A stretch of DNA of 64,000 nucleotides from assembly GCF_016433145.1 (NCBI RefSeq), contig NC_058130.1, positions 45,002,834-45,066,833 on the forward strand, written 5' to 3'. Shown here in pieces: positions 37,191 to 49,764 of the stretch. Origin of the DNA: Gracilinanus agilis. Lineage: Eukaryota. Within the stretch, counting starts at the first letter, position 1. Each line of letters opens with the position of its first letter. Made by a program: the position numbers and the translations under genes. Below the pieces are notes generated by a model. That model saw only the letters and a program-made list of their open reading frames with translations, had not been told where the DNA came from and did no database searches.

Positions 37191-38264
37191 ACTTGGCCTT
37201 CTTAAATCTAGTTAGAACATTTTTACTTCCTCTGCCTATGTATGAGTGGATGTGTGTCTTTGTATTTGCAGAATGATCTCTTTGGCATTTCTAATATCTT
37301 ATCCAAAAATTATAAATTCCTGCACTGATCTTGGTCAAGGATGGCATTCCTAACTCAGAGCCTGACTAATGCTACAGGAAAACAGTGTGATGTCCTTTCC
37401 ATCTCTTCATGCATTCCCTAAATATTTTTTAACATTGTACTTTCCGAAGTTCCATTTCTTTCTATCTGCCTCACAATTAGTTACATGACTCATTATTTTT
37501 TTTCTTAAATTTGTACAAAATTGTATGTCTATGGTCCCAGTTATATAATCCCAAATCATTTTAAAGATGGAGTTCCATTGATTAATGGAACCTATTTTAA
37601 AGTAATTGCCTTCATTATGTAAGAACAATTTTGTTAGAATTAATCAAAAGTGAGGGTGACCAGGTCCTTCCTTGGATCAATAAGAGCCATTGAATGATAG
37701 ACTTAATCACATCCTAAGGAATTAAAGGAAGAAGATAGGGCCTATAACTGGACAGGCAGGAGCAGTGTTAAAGTTGGCCAGTAGAAGAGGAGGGAGATAT
37801 GGAGGGAGATCATTTGCTCTACAGACTTCTCTAGAGCAAAAACTCAGGCAGAGAAAAGTCCAAAGTAATGTCAGACTCTCCCAGTTTCCCCTATTGGTGC
37901 CTATCTATTCACAGACCATTATAATAAAAAATGCTGTTCAGTTGCCAAAAAGTTTCCAAGAAAGCTCAATTTTGCTACATCTATAAGAGGTAGATATAAA
38001 TGTAAACAAAGATTGTTCAAAGTAATAAAATGGGAGATTCTTCCAACACTTTTGCACAAGTTCAGGCTATATAAGGAATTTACACCCTCTTGACCTTCAT
38101 CTCTTAGAATGTTTACCTTTTTCCAATTCAGTTTATGTGTCATCTATTATAGAAATCCTTTCCTGATGCCTCTGAAGTTAGTATTTTTTGATTTGAAAAA
38201 TTGAACAAAGATGTCAATCTCTGCCTAAATGTCTGGAATTTTCCTAACTGGGAACTCAAAGATC

Positions 38265-38468
38265 ATTATAAAAGTTATAAAAATTATAAATTATAAAATT
38301 ATAAATTTAAGTATACATACTTTCATTATTCTATATTTAATTAATTAAATTATAGATTATATGATTTAACTAAATTATATAGTATAATTTAACTAATTAA
38401 ATTATATTGTATATAATTTAAATATATAATTTTAAATATATAAATTATAAAAGTTATAAAAATTATAA
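38265..38468. repeat. AT-rich low-complexity tract bounded by a perfect 25-bp direct repeat
   Basis: ATTATAAAAGTTATAAAAATTATAA at 38265-38289 and 38444-38468. Confidence 0.9.
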
Positions 38469-38494
38469 CTTTTTCATCTGAAATAAATACCATA

Positions 38495-38695
38495 AGAAAC
38501 AGGTGGCTAAGTGGACTGAGAGTCAGGCCTGAAGATGGGAGGTCCTGCATTCTAATTTGACGTCAGATACTCCCTTACTGTGTGATACTAGGCAAGTCAC
38601 TTAACTCTAATTGCCTAGCTCTTACTTCTCTTTTGCCTTGGAACCAATACTTAGTCTTAATTCCAAGATGGAAGAGAAAGGTTAAAAAATAAATA
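38495..38695 (+). mobile_element. SINE1_Mdo-type SINE (older copy)
   Basis: aggtggctaagtggactgagagtcaggcc..gatgggaggtcctg..ggcaagtcacttaac..ccttggaaccaatac..A tail. Confidence 0.9.
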
Positions 38696-40194
38696 ACAAC
38701 ATAAAATACCCTAATGCTAAAAAAAAGTAACAATCTGGACCTTTGGGAGCAGTATGTGCCTTTAGATTGACTTTATATTGTAGGAATTTAACTTTTCTGG
38801 TCTATTTCAATAAGCATTCATTAAGCTTTTGCTATCTGTCAAACTTTCCATCCTACTGGGGGTGATACAATATATGAACAAGGAACTATATACCTGATCA
38901 TTTGAAGAGAAGGAAAAAAAATACTATCTGCAGAGGCATCAGGAAAGGATTTCTATAATAGATGACACATAAACTGAATTGGAAAAAGGTAGACATTCTA
39001 AGTGATGAAGGTCAAGAGGGTATAAATTCCATATATAGCCTGAACTTGTGCAAAGGTGTTGGAAGAATCTCCCATTTTATTACTTTGCAAACCCTTTTAA
39101 ATTGAGGCATACAATGTGCCTGAAATTTCAGTTTGGGTGTTTTAAAGTATTTTAGTTACATGTAGATATTTTTAAAATATGAAAATACATTCCATTTGCA
39201 AACCTCTTTCACCTTTTCTCTGCTTTCTACTGGAATTCACACTTAACTCCAAATGTTACACAGGCTAGGACCTAATATTTATCTTACTAACCGTCTCAGA
39301 TATATTTTAAGAGCAATGAGTTTCTCAGTCATCATTTCTAATGAGCAAAGAGGAGACACAAACCTAACTCTCAGAATGCTTAATTGGGCTTTTTCGTGAT
39401 TTGTGGTCAGGAATCACTTGAGCGGAGGAAAAAGTTGAGCCCAAATCAATGATGAGTACACTTTTTACGCATAATTTTAGAAAATAAAAATTCTAGAAGC
39501 CTAGCCAGATTGCCTCCCTGAAACATGAATGTGAAGAGAATGAAAATAATATTTGCATTTCCATTAAAGGGGCAAAATCAATTTATTCCTTTTTTCCTCA
39601 AAAACGTGGTAAATGGATGTTTGTCATGGGTCTAGATGTAGATGTTATGCAAAACCCTTTATAGTGTGAAATTTACAACATGTATCTGCAAAGTGACATA
39701 AAAAACATTCACTGTGATTTGAGAGCGACTCAATTATATCTGCGCCTTTTGCAGGCTTTTCTTTTCTTTCTTTATTTTCTTGAGTCTTTACAAATAACAT
39801 TTCACATATGGATGGCAATGGGCTTAGAGCTAAGAAAGTTGACTCTTGCCAGGTCTATGTGATGCGAATTGAAGCATTCAGGGTAATTCAGCATACAGAA
39901 CTGGTATTTGCCTCTTACATATTGATATTTTAAATGAAATCATCATTTACTTTCTATATGATTGCTTCAAATTTTACTCTTTTACAGCCCCCACTCCACA
40001 TTTCTCCCATTTGCTTGTGTTGACTATTTAGAAGTAAAGCTAGAGTTAGCCTTATTTGGACCTCTGTGGCTTCACTGCTTCAGGGTGATGGGGTTCTGGT
40101 AGGATTTGGACATTCCGCTTCAAGGAAGGAGCTCAGGGGAATAAAAGCACACCAGTTATTTAAAATCTCTCTTTTTCTCCTGAGTCTTGCATAG

Positions 40195-40930
40195 TGATGA
40201 TAGAATCACAGAACCTCTGTTTTTGGAAGGAACCTCAGAGACTATTTTATTCAAACTCTGTAGGAAGAAAACTTCCTTCTCCAACAAAACTAAAAAGTAG
40301 TCATTAAATATTTGCTTATAGATTTAAAGTGAAATGGAATTCACTTTGGGTGGCTTACACTCTAGTCATTAGGATTTCCCACTTCAATATCAAGCTAAAA
40401 TGTTCCTCTTTAAAACTCCCACCGATTCTTTTACTCCTTGAGATTAAGAAAAATAATCTTAGTTTAGTATCACTCTTTTTTTAAAAATTAATTTTATTGA
40501 TTAATTAAGACAATTTTACATGGTTACATGATTCATATTCTTTCTCTCCCCCTTTTTCAAGGACTAATTGCCATGATTTCTCTCCTATCTAGACATTTTC
40601 TAATTTGTCTGTGTTCTTTCTAAAAGATGGCACCCAAAACACAATGTCAGAGTTCAGACATGGTCAGCCCAGGGCACAGAGCAACAGAATTATTTCCTCC
40701 CTATTCTTGGTCACCAGGTATTTCAGAATGCACTTCAAGATCCCATCTTTCATATTACTTCTTGGTAATTAGCAGCAATCCACAAATAGTGACCTTTGCA
40801 ATGACAAAACAAAGGTGGACTGAGCTCATTAGTTCATTAGTCCTTTGGAGAGATAATTCTCACTTTGATTTTCTCTTTATAATCATTAATTACCAACTGA
40901 TCTTTCAGACATATCACTTAATTGGAAATT
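40195..40930 (-). mobile_element. CR1/L3 3' region interrupted by a very short L1 3' tail (~40477-40556)
   Basis: L3 motifs ggaaggaacctcagag..tcc and gatggcacccaaaac..ttcagacatggtc..cagggcacag. Inserted ttttacatggttacatgattcat is the L1 3' UTR terminus (cf. 22690-22720). Confidence 0.75.
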
Positions 40931-41584
40931 TCCAAAGTATTGATTATGGAAAGATCACAGGAAGTGGAGCAGAGGGAAGAGAAGACAGATGAGCTCTGTG
41001 TTCTATTTTAGAAGAGCTCATTATTTTTTCTGAGTGAATTGTATCCCTGTAAGACATAGAAAGATGGAAGCTATTTTATTTTTAATTATTATTATATGTA
41101 GACAGCTGGGTGGCTCAGAGTTTATATTATATCTGATAATCCTAGAGTCATGAAGGGCAGAGGTCAAGTATGGGCTCTTACTCCCTGGGTGATTCATGAG
41201 AAATCACTTATCCACTATTTGCTTCTGTTTCCTTTTAGGTAAAATGGAAATAATAATAGCACTTACTTCCCAGGATTTTTCTATCTAATGAGATACTAAT
41301 GGGAAAGCAGTTAGCACAGTGCCTAGAACACAGTAAAAACTATATAAATGTTATCTGTCATCATCATCATTATTATAATTAGCAATTTCACTAGTAATTA
41401 ATAATTAATTTACTTGTAATTAAGTAGTAATTAATAATAAGCAACTTTATCAACAATATAATTAGTAATTAATGTTAATAATTTCAATAGAGGGAAAAAG
41501 AAAATTTTAAATTCAGAGAAACAATAGCAGTACATAATTATCTTTTCAGTGACAACCTAAATATACAGTATTTTTTGTAGTATG

Positions 41585-41812
41585 GAATATATAATGTATA
41601 TATTCTAAATTATGTTATATAATATGTTATATATAATTTTATATATAGTACATATGCAGGCATATTCCCACATATGATTCTTAATATTTTATATATATAT
41701 ATAAGATATATATGCATATAATATAAATATATTTTGTTTCGTTGTTTGTATGTGCATATATTTGTATATGTATATATATATATGTATTTATATGTATGCA
41801 TCTTGTACATAA
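41585..41812. repeat. TA-rich simple repeat
   Basis: Direct reading. Explains ORF 41610..41810. Confidence 0.9.
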
Positions 41813-41870
41813 GATGTATCTCGAACCAATATTTTTCTAGGTCTAACCTTGATTATTACAGATAAGTTGC

Positions 41871-42071
41871 TTTTTCATTTTTAAACCTTACCTTCCATCT
41901 TAAGTATCAATATCAAGGGTTGGTTCCAAAGCAAAAAAAAAGCAATAAGGGCTAGAAAATGGGGCTCAAGTGACATGCCCAGGGTCACACAGCTAGGAAG
42001 TTTCTGAGGCCAGATTTGAACCCAGGACCTCTCATCTCTAGGTCTGGCTCTCAATCCTCTAAGCCACCTAC
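41871..42071 (-). mobile_element. SINE1_Mdo-type SINE
   Basis: tttaaaccttaccttcc..cccagggtcacacagctaggaag..gaggccagatttgaacccaggacctc..ggctctcaatc. Confidence 0.92.
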
Positions 42072-42542
42072 TTAAACTCAGCAGATGTGTTAAATGAGAG
42101 TTAAATCAGATGAGTTTCCAGACCAATGAAACATATTTATCTCCTTATCTTATATAAAATTTTAAACATTTCTGCATGACTTATTTAGAATGAAACCATA
42201 TCAACAATGTTGCTTCTCTCAAGCAATTTGCCTAGTAGGGTATTTATTCAATGCATTTTAATAAAATAAATTGAATAATGGCCAGAAACTTCCTTTTCTG
42301 CTATTTCTTGGGATACTGTCATTTAAATGATCAATCAATTAATCAACCAACAAACATCAAATTTGTTAACTTTAAGTACAATTCTAGAAACTAGTTTACA
42401 GTGACAAAAATGAAACAGTCCTTGACCTCAAGGAAATAAAATTAGAAATTTACCTACAGCAAATCATCCCATATATTTCATACTGGAAGAGGCCTCCAAG
42501 GTTAACTTGTACACTTTTGTTTTGTTTTATTTTATTTGTTCA

Positions 42543-42742
42543 TTTTTTAAACCCTTACCTTCTGTCTTAGAACCAATACAGTGTATTGGTATCAATACAG
42601 AAGAGTGGTGAGAGCTAGACAATGGGGGTCAAGTGACTTGCCTAGGGTAACACAGCTAAGAAGTGTCTGAGGTCAAGTTTGAACCCAGGACCTCCCATAT
42701 CTGGGTCTGACTCTCAATCCACTGAGCTACTCAGCTGCCGCC
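42543..42742 (-). mobile_element. SINE1_Mdo-type SINE, full length
   Basis: Collinear with 4499-4699 from tail to head. Confidence 0.94.
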
Positions 42743-42861
42743 TATAAATTTTTATTTTAGAGAAAAGGAAATGGAATCTAGCCTAGGCTAAATGACTTTG
42801 CCAAGGTCCCAGAGGTAGTAAGAGGAAGAGGTAAGTCAAGGTTTATTCAGGAATAAAATAT

Positions 42862-43017
42862 CTTTTCTTTTTTTATTAATTTTTTTATTTTTAGAAAAAT
42901 TTTCCACCTCACCCTCTCAAATTCCACCTCCCCCATAGCTAACTCACATTTCCACTGGTTTTAACGTGTCATCAATCAAGACTTATTTACATATTATTGA
43001 TAGTTGCATTGGTGGGG
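42862..43017 (-). mobile_element. Very short L1 3' insertion with 15-bp TSD
   Basis: TCAGGAATAAAATAT at 42847-42861 and 43018-43032. Body is homologous to 22660-22845 with a ~30-nt internal gap. Confidence 0.92.
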
Positions 43018-43727
43018 TCAGGAATAAAATATGAAAAAATGCCTTCATATAATCCTCTGGCTCTGGTTTGGGACAGTGAGTGTACCTGGTCTTACTTTCC
43101 TTTTCTGTAAAATGAAGATGTAAACTTGATTATTTCTAAGGCCTCACCTAGTTCTAAATCTCCAATCGTACAAAACTATTGAATTACTAAATTCTCTCAC
43201 TCTCCCTGATTTTCAATTCATCTTTCTTCTTTTCTTTGTTATCTGTACCTATTTTGTATTCTGTTTTTGTCCCTAAGTGGATGTCAGTGGTTTTATTCTT
43301 ACATGTTACAAAAGGCTTTCTCTAGTTATCAATGTTCTACAATCTACCACACCTCATGCCCACCATATTTAACATGTTGTATCTCTGAAAATGACATGTA
43401 GAACTAGTTAGTAAACGCACCAACTTCAAACACACATAGCAACCATGTTTTCTTTTCTATCACTGGATTCCGTCTAAATCACATGAAAGGGATTGTTATA
43501 TAATAATTATTTTAATAAATAAGCACTTATCAAGTGCTTAATATCTACCAGACACTGAAATGAGCCTGGGGATTTCAAGGAAAATGAAAATGACCCATAT
43601 CCTTTAGAAGCTTAGAGGCTAATGAGAAATATGAAATACAAATGGAATGATGTGCCTACAAGGTATACACAATGTCAATGGAAGGTAATTCCAGAGGAAA
43701 GGCCCTAAAAAGGAAGCTTCTTAGAGA

Positions 43728-43925
43728 GAAGTAGCTAGATGGCTTAATGGATGGAGAGTCAGCCCTAGAGAATAGAGGGCCTGGGTTCCAATCTGGCCTT
43801 AGCCACTTCCTAATTGAAGGTCCTTGGGCAAGTCATTTAATGTCCTTTATCTAGCTCTTATCATTCTTCTGTCTTGGAACCAAAACTCAGCATTGCTTCT
43901 CAGTTGGAAGCTAAGGATGTAAAAA
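43728..43925 (+). mobile_element. SINE1_Mdo-type SINE (older copy)
   Basis: tagctagatggcttaatggatggagagtcag..gggttccaatctggcc..gggcaagtcattt..ttctgtcttggaacc. Confidence 0.88.
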
Positions 43926-44346
43926 GGGGGTGGAAAAAAGTAAGCCAAGAGGCTGACTGGAACCTGTGAATTTTGGAGAATCCACATTGCCTTACTGGTC
44001 ATCCTGAGTCCCTTATTTACTGAATAACTTGACAGCTGTCTCTTTCAATTGTGAGATGGGTAGGGGTTTAGAGGAAGTGTTAATGCTAATGATAGAATCT
44101 GTGCTTAAAGTAACTCAGGTGTCGGGAGATATATGAGAAGGCATTCTAGTAATTCTACACTGTTATAGTGACTTCCCTTGAGTTTAAGTTCTTTTTTCTC
44201 ATTTCTTGGGCATTATTGAAGTAATCCTGAAAATAGCCATGTGAGATAATAACACTAGCATCTCACAAACTCACAGAGTAGGAAATGAGTAAATCACTTC
44301 TTTCTATATCCAGATTTTGGTCATTGAAAGATTCAGGACCAGAACT

Positions 44347-44885
44347 GGTTGGTTGTGCTTCTTTGTACATGAAAAGGACCAAAATTACATCACTGGTGAT
44401 GTTTTTGACTCTTGAATGAATTGGATTTATGTGAGACAAAATTGCACAAAGTTGATGGCTTCACTCTGTGTTCAAGAGTCCACAGAGTCAAGTAGCAAAA
44501 GTCAAGATGACTGGTGATGGCTTGGGGTGCAATGGATGATCTTGACTTATTCAGTGTCTACAAGATCTGAGCATACCACAGCATTCACTTCTGCCACCTT
44601 TGTGGCTGCTGGAACAAATCTTTCTCATCTATCCTTCCATCAGGAGAGTCCTCACAAACCTGGAGTAGACATCCCCTAACTCACTGACAGATTTGAGGCT
44701 CTTTGGTTACCCCTCCTGCCAAGACAGTTTACCAGGTTGTGGCTACTGTTCATGCTCCTGGTTCTTGGAGCCACACAAAAGAACTAGGTGGCAAATGGAC
44801 ACCAAAGGAGGGAAGCCCTGAGAAGGGCTTGGTCAGCTTTCACAAAAGAGGTGCTATTTTTCCCACAATACCCAGAACACTCCCA
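44347..44885 (+). mobile_element. RTE-derived marsupial element (WALLSI4 / RTE 5' region-like)
   Basis: aggaccaaaattacatcac..gaattggattt..ttcttggagccac..tggacaccaaagg..agccctgagaagggcttgg..agaggtgcta matches my recall of the marsupial RTE 5' UTR. Confidence 0.75.
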
Positions 44886-45848
44886 AATATAGGTCTTTTA
44901 ATGTGTATCCCATCCTCTGTCTCTTCCACTCTCCAACAGTAGCTTAGGTTGCACTCATTGATTGTGCAAAATATGACCACTTTTAACTCTCTATTCAGCA
45001 AATAATAAAGAATGGCTGAAATGCCAAGAAGGGACTGGATGAATCCATGAGGCACAGTAAGAGCCCTGTTAGTTAGACAAGAGGAGTGCCGTGTGCATCA
45101 ATAACTCTAGATGTATTACTACATGAGGAAAACCAAGTTTGACATTTTCAAGGGAAAAGAGGGAACCCATTAAAACAAAGGCAAAAACAAAGGTACATTT
45201 CTAGTGAATCAATGCAACCTATTACAATGGCAGAAAAGAGCAAAGCCATCTGTCTTTATTCTATACTAATACCAAGATGAAACATTTCTATAGGTAGATT
45301 TTTAAGCCAAATGGGGAAAAAATGCCAACCTTTGAGGTACTCTCCTTCACATGTTCTATTCTGCTAAAGAAGTAAGCAATTAATAGGGAATGAGACTTTT
45401 TATTCTTGCAGTAGCTTTAAATGATATTCTTATAGGAACAAAGAGCTACTTGGGTAAGCAGTGGGACAGTCACCAAAAGTTGCCTTTAGCTAAAGAGCCT
45501 AACTGGATTATAGTACTCTAGATTAGGTATGAAAATGAAGGGGAACTTAAAGCACACATCCATCTCATTTTGCAGATGAGGAAACTGAGACCAAGGGAAT
45601 CTTAAATGGTTTTTCTAAGGATCTGCAAATCATAAATGGAAGCACTAGAATTTGAACCTAAGTGTTTTTTACTCCATATTAGTAAATCTTGCCATTAAGC
45701 TAATCAATTGTCCAACAAAGACTTACTATGTACTATGCATTGAAATTAAAAAAAGAAAGTCCTTACCTTGGAGGAGTTTACATTCAATTGGTGGGAATTG
45801 TTTATATGAATAAGAATATATACAAAAATGAGTCCTACAATTCTTTTT

Positions 45849-46105
45849 GGAACAATTAGGTGGCCCAGTGGATGGAGTACCGGACTTGGAATCAGAAAGA
45901 TTCATCTTCATGAGTTCAAATCTAGCCTCAGACATTTACTAGCTATGTGAGCCTGGGTAGGTCATTTAACCTTATTTGCCTCAGTTTCCACATATGTAGA
46001 ATAAATTGGAGAAATAAATAACAAAACCATTCTACTATTTTTACCAAGAAATCCTTAAATGGGGTTTTGAAGGGTCAGGCATGATTGTGACCAAAAAAAA
46101 ACAAC
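45849..46105 (+). mobile_element. MAR1-type SINE
   Basis: aggtggcccagtggatggagt..gagttcaaatctagcctcagacatttactagc..tttttaccaagaaa..aacaac. Confidence 0.9.
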
Positions 46106-48152
46106 AGATCTTTATAATAATCAGGACAAATATAGTGATGTGGACTGGACATTAAATTTTACCAGTATAGGGATATTTCCATGAGGAAAGCCTTCCTTTG
46201 AAGTATATTCAATGCCAGTTTCTTAAGCCACTGAGATATTAAGTAACCTGCCAATATCCTAGAATCAATGTGTCAGAGATAGGACTTGAATCAAGACCTT
46301 CCTAGATCCCAAACCAGCTCACTATTTTCTATGCTATGCTGCTCTCAAAGTCATATAAAATCAATTAATTCATTAAGCATTTATTAAATTGGTTTTAGGA
46401 ACTGGGTTAGGCCCTGAGTGTACAAAGACAAAAATTACATCATTCCTTTCTTCCTTCAGTGAGCTTATGGTCTATCAAGAGAAGACAACATGTATATACG
46501 TAGGCATTTGGAAAAATAAACACAAGGCAATCTGGGGAGTGTGTGCTAGATGATCAGGAATAACTTAATGTCAAAGATAGAAAGGATGGGAACTTAGGTC
46601 TATGTAACCCCACTTCAGATTTTGGGGAGATTTTTGTCCCCTCAGATTCCCTTTCCCCCTGATAATATCATGCTACATATGTCAAGAATAAAATATCAGC
46701 CATAATTATGCTTAAAAACTATCTTTGGTATCTACAGGTGATGTTTAAGAATATATGTCTCCCAAAACATATGCTTAGTTAAATTTTAAATTGTATGTAT
46801 ATATATGCTGCATCCTAGTTTCTTTGTAAAAAGATCATTAAAAAATATCTGTCTGATAATTCAGAACTTGGGCCACATTCCAACTTGGAAGATTTTGCTC
46901 TCTTTTTACTTATAATTAGTCTTTGGTTTAATTTTAAAATGGTACCTGGTACCATTTTTGTTCTTGTTTAGGAAAAAAAAAAAAGCAAAAGGAAAACAAA
47001 TCTCTTTAGTTCTATCTAAACAAAGGCTCAAAGGTAAACAAAAGTATTTGGAGGGAAAGATAGAGAAATTCTCTTCTAAAGACATGTGTATATTCAAACA
47101 TTTTCAAAAACTACTCATTAAAAAATGGACCATGCCAAAATTTATGGATTTCTAATGAATTATACAAGTACCTAATAAGAGTTGACTGAAGTACTTAATT
47201 TAAACTGAGAACTTGTATTCAAATTCTGAGTCTGTTAATTACCAGTTGTATGACCTTAAGCAAGTCACACTTTTTTTTCCCTTTCTGGCTTTCAGGACTC
47301 TCATTTATAAAATTAAATCTTTTAACTCAGTGACCATAAGGGTCCTCTCTAGCTCTAAATTAAGAACTTGCAATCTTATGACCTCTTTATACCTTATTTG
47401 TAAAATGGGGTGGTTGAACTCAATGATGTCCCTTACAGATGTAGAGCTTGCTTTATATGTCCTAGGATGGTCAGCAAATGAGCTCCCCTTCCCTTATGGC
47501 TAAACAATATAGACTTGTCTCTTTCCTCCCTAAATCAGCTATCAGCTGAAATCTAGCAGACATCTACAGCCTTTACCTATAGAAATATGCCTTGTATGAA
47601 GGGCTGTTTCTTCAAGATTCTTTGTAGAAGGGCTTAGGATCATTTACATAAGAGAGTGATAAAAGAGATAAATGGTCAGAAAGAAGAACTGCCTTTGTAG
47701 AGGCAGAAATATGGGAGAAAAGGTTTCATTTGGGGGAACCTGTCTCTTCACGATAATTGATGAATTAGTTTCATTCTGGTTACCAGTGACCCATCCAGCA
47801 GAGAATAGGAAATGGTGCAAAAAAATGAATGTTATAGCCTCATTTGTCATGCAGAACTGGTGCTTTCTCACCATCTATGCAAGTCATGTGCATTTCCTTC
47901 CATTCTCTTCTCATGAAACCATTCATCCATTTCCCTAGATTATCTTTCTTTCAGGTTAACCATGGTAATGTGGCTACACATTTAATGATATCTTAAGACT
48001 AACTTCTTTAAGGGTCAAGCCCTCTGTTTCAAGATGTCTTCTTGGATTTCCATTGGAAGAATCCCCACTATTGAACAATCTCAGTATTAAAAAACTTGCA
48101 GTTTTACAATGAGGAAAATTGAGTCTGTCTGTATGTGGTACTATAAATGAAT

Positions 48153-48167
48153 GTGCCATCTAGTGGG
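48153..48167 (-). promoter_or_regulatory. CTCF core motif
   Basis: Minus strand CCCACTAGATGGCAC fits the CTCF consensus CCASYAGRKGGCRS at all positions. Occupancy unknown. Confidence 0.6.
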
Positions 48168-49764
48168 CATTTGCTGTTGGTGGGACCATTAAATAGATAT
48201 ATATCTATTTAATGGTCTCAATATGTAATATATACATATTAAAGAAGTCAGGAATCCAGTGTGAGAGGTGGTACATTGTGGTTAGACAGCTGACCCTGAA
48301 TTTATAGAATGGTAAGACCATAGCACTAGAGCTGAAAAGGACCCTAGAGCCAAAGAAGTCAAACTCTCTAATTATAGAAATGAGGAAACTGAGGTCGGTA
48401 GATGACATACCCAAAAGTCACACAAAGAAAGTAAGTCTGAGAAGTGGGATTGGACCTCAGGTTGGCAGATTCCAAAGTCAGTGCTTGACCTAAGGCATTA
48501 AGCCTCATCTCTGACAAAATATTGGGGTGGATGACCATGGGCAAGTCTCTTAATCATGTGGCACCCCAGGCAACTCCATATAAGTTGTAGAAGATCTACC
48601 TATCTGTGATGGCAAAGAGATTTTTTTATTATGGAAGTTTCTCATACTGCTGAAAAAGGTCCAAGAAAAACTAAAATTAAATTAAAATCTATAAATGATC
48701 TTGTCTGTTAGAATCTGATAAGATCACTGACATATACTTCTAAAAATTAGTCTTCACTGATATGATTGTCAGCATTTCTCCCTCATAGATCGTCCCTTCT
48801 AGCTTCAGGTCAGGAGCCACCTGCTAGATGCTGACCTCTTTCTGGATACGCTCTACTCCCATGTTCCCAGGGCCAAACACAACTGACAGTATAAAATAGG
48901 ACAGGCAACAGCTAGTATCTGCCAAGCATGAGTTTTCCACACTGCTAGCTAGTGCCACTCCTGCTGGCATTCTGATCTCCAAGCCTCTGGACTTGGCCTT
49001 CCTAGACCTATGCTGCCTGTTTGTACCTCCCATGGTCATTAAATGATTTCCATTGTTGTGTCTTTTTGTATCTTTCATCTTTGATACCTATGAAAATGTT
49101 ACTTAGCCATTTCTTTGCCCTTCCACCAACTTAGTTCTACATATGTGTCTCAGTTTCTAGATCCCTAAAAACTGGATCAATCTATATATATTAAAAAAAA
49201 AACATGATGAATAACCTGTCCTACATTTACCGGAAACCGTAACAACACAGGACACAAAAACTGAGTTTGTTCACCCAAATATGTTTTTTATTTGGATTTC
49301 ATTTTTTTCCATTAATTAATTTTTGGGGGCTGGTTACTTTGATATTCTCTTAATTTTCCCCCTAAATCTTAGAGGTAAGGAGTTTGTAATGGCCAGTTCC
49401 AATTTTCAGGAATGAGCTTAATTGAAGATGTTTGTCATATTTGGATTCAGAACTCCTTATCCTTCAGTGAGCCTCATCAAACAGGAACCTGCCTCCTGTG
49501 GTAGATGACAATGATGGTTACAAGGACTTATATTCAATAAAATAAAAGAAGTGAGCTCCCAGTAAAAATATCATGGAGGAACCACACCTTCTGGTTTCTA
49601 ATGCTTTGGGCATTTTTATTAGCTTACACAAAACTTTGTCTGGCATGCCAGCTTAGGGCATAGAAATGGTCACTGATGTTCACTGGATTTTATTAGAGGA
49701 ATGAACTTCGGAGGCCATGTGTGGATTTACATCCAAGCTAGAAATTTAAATATGTCCCCTTCAA

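Larger units (their letters stand above)
38018..39087. repeat. Local inverted duplication, arms 38018-38189 and 38915-39087
   Basis: Core 38018-38174 versus the reverse complement of 38931-39087: 152/157 identical, no gaps. Confidence 0.97.

Noticed and set aside
42761-42830. Pseudo-exon TTTTAG|..GAG|GTAAGT
   Set aside because: Lies in an antisense MIR, which routinely supplies such signals; no independent support.
42543-43925. Oppositely oriented SINE1 pair ~1 kb apart as a dsRNA source
   Set aside because: Copies are substantially diverged and such pairs are expected at this SINE density.
45412-45453. 42-nt symmetric exon candidate (ALNDILIGTKSYL)
   Set aside because: Splice signals are plausible but it is short and isolated, with no CpG or composition support; within the expected pseudo-exon rate.
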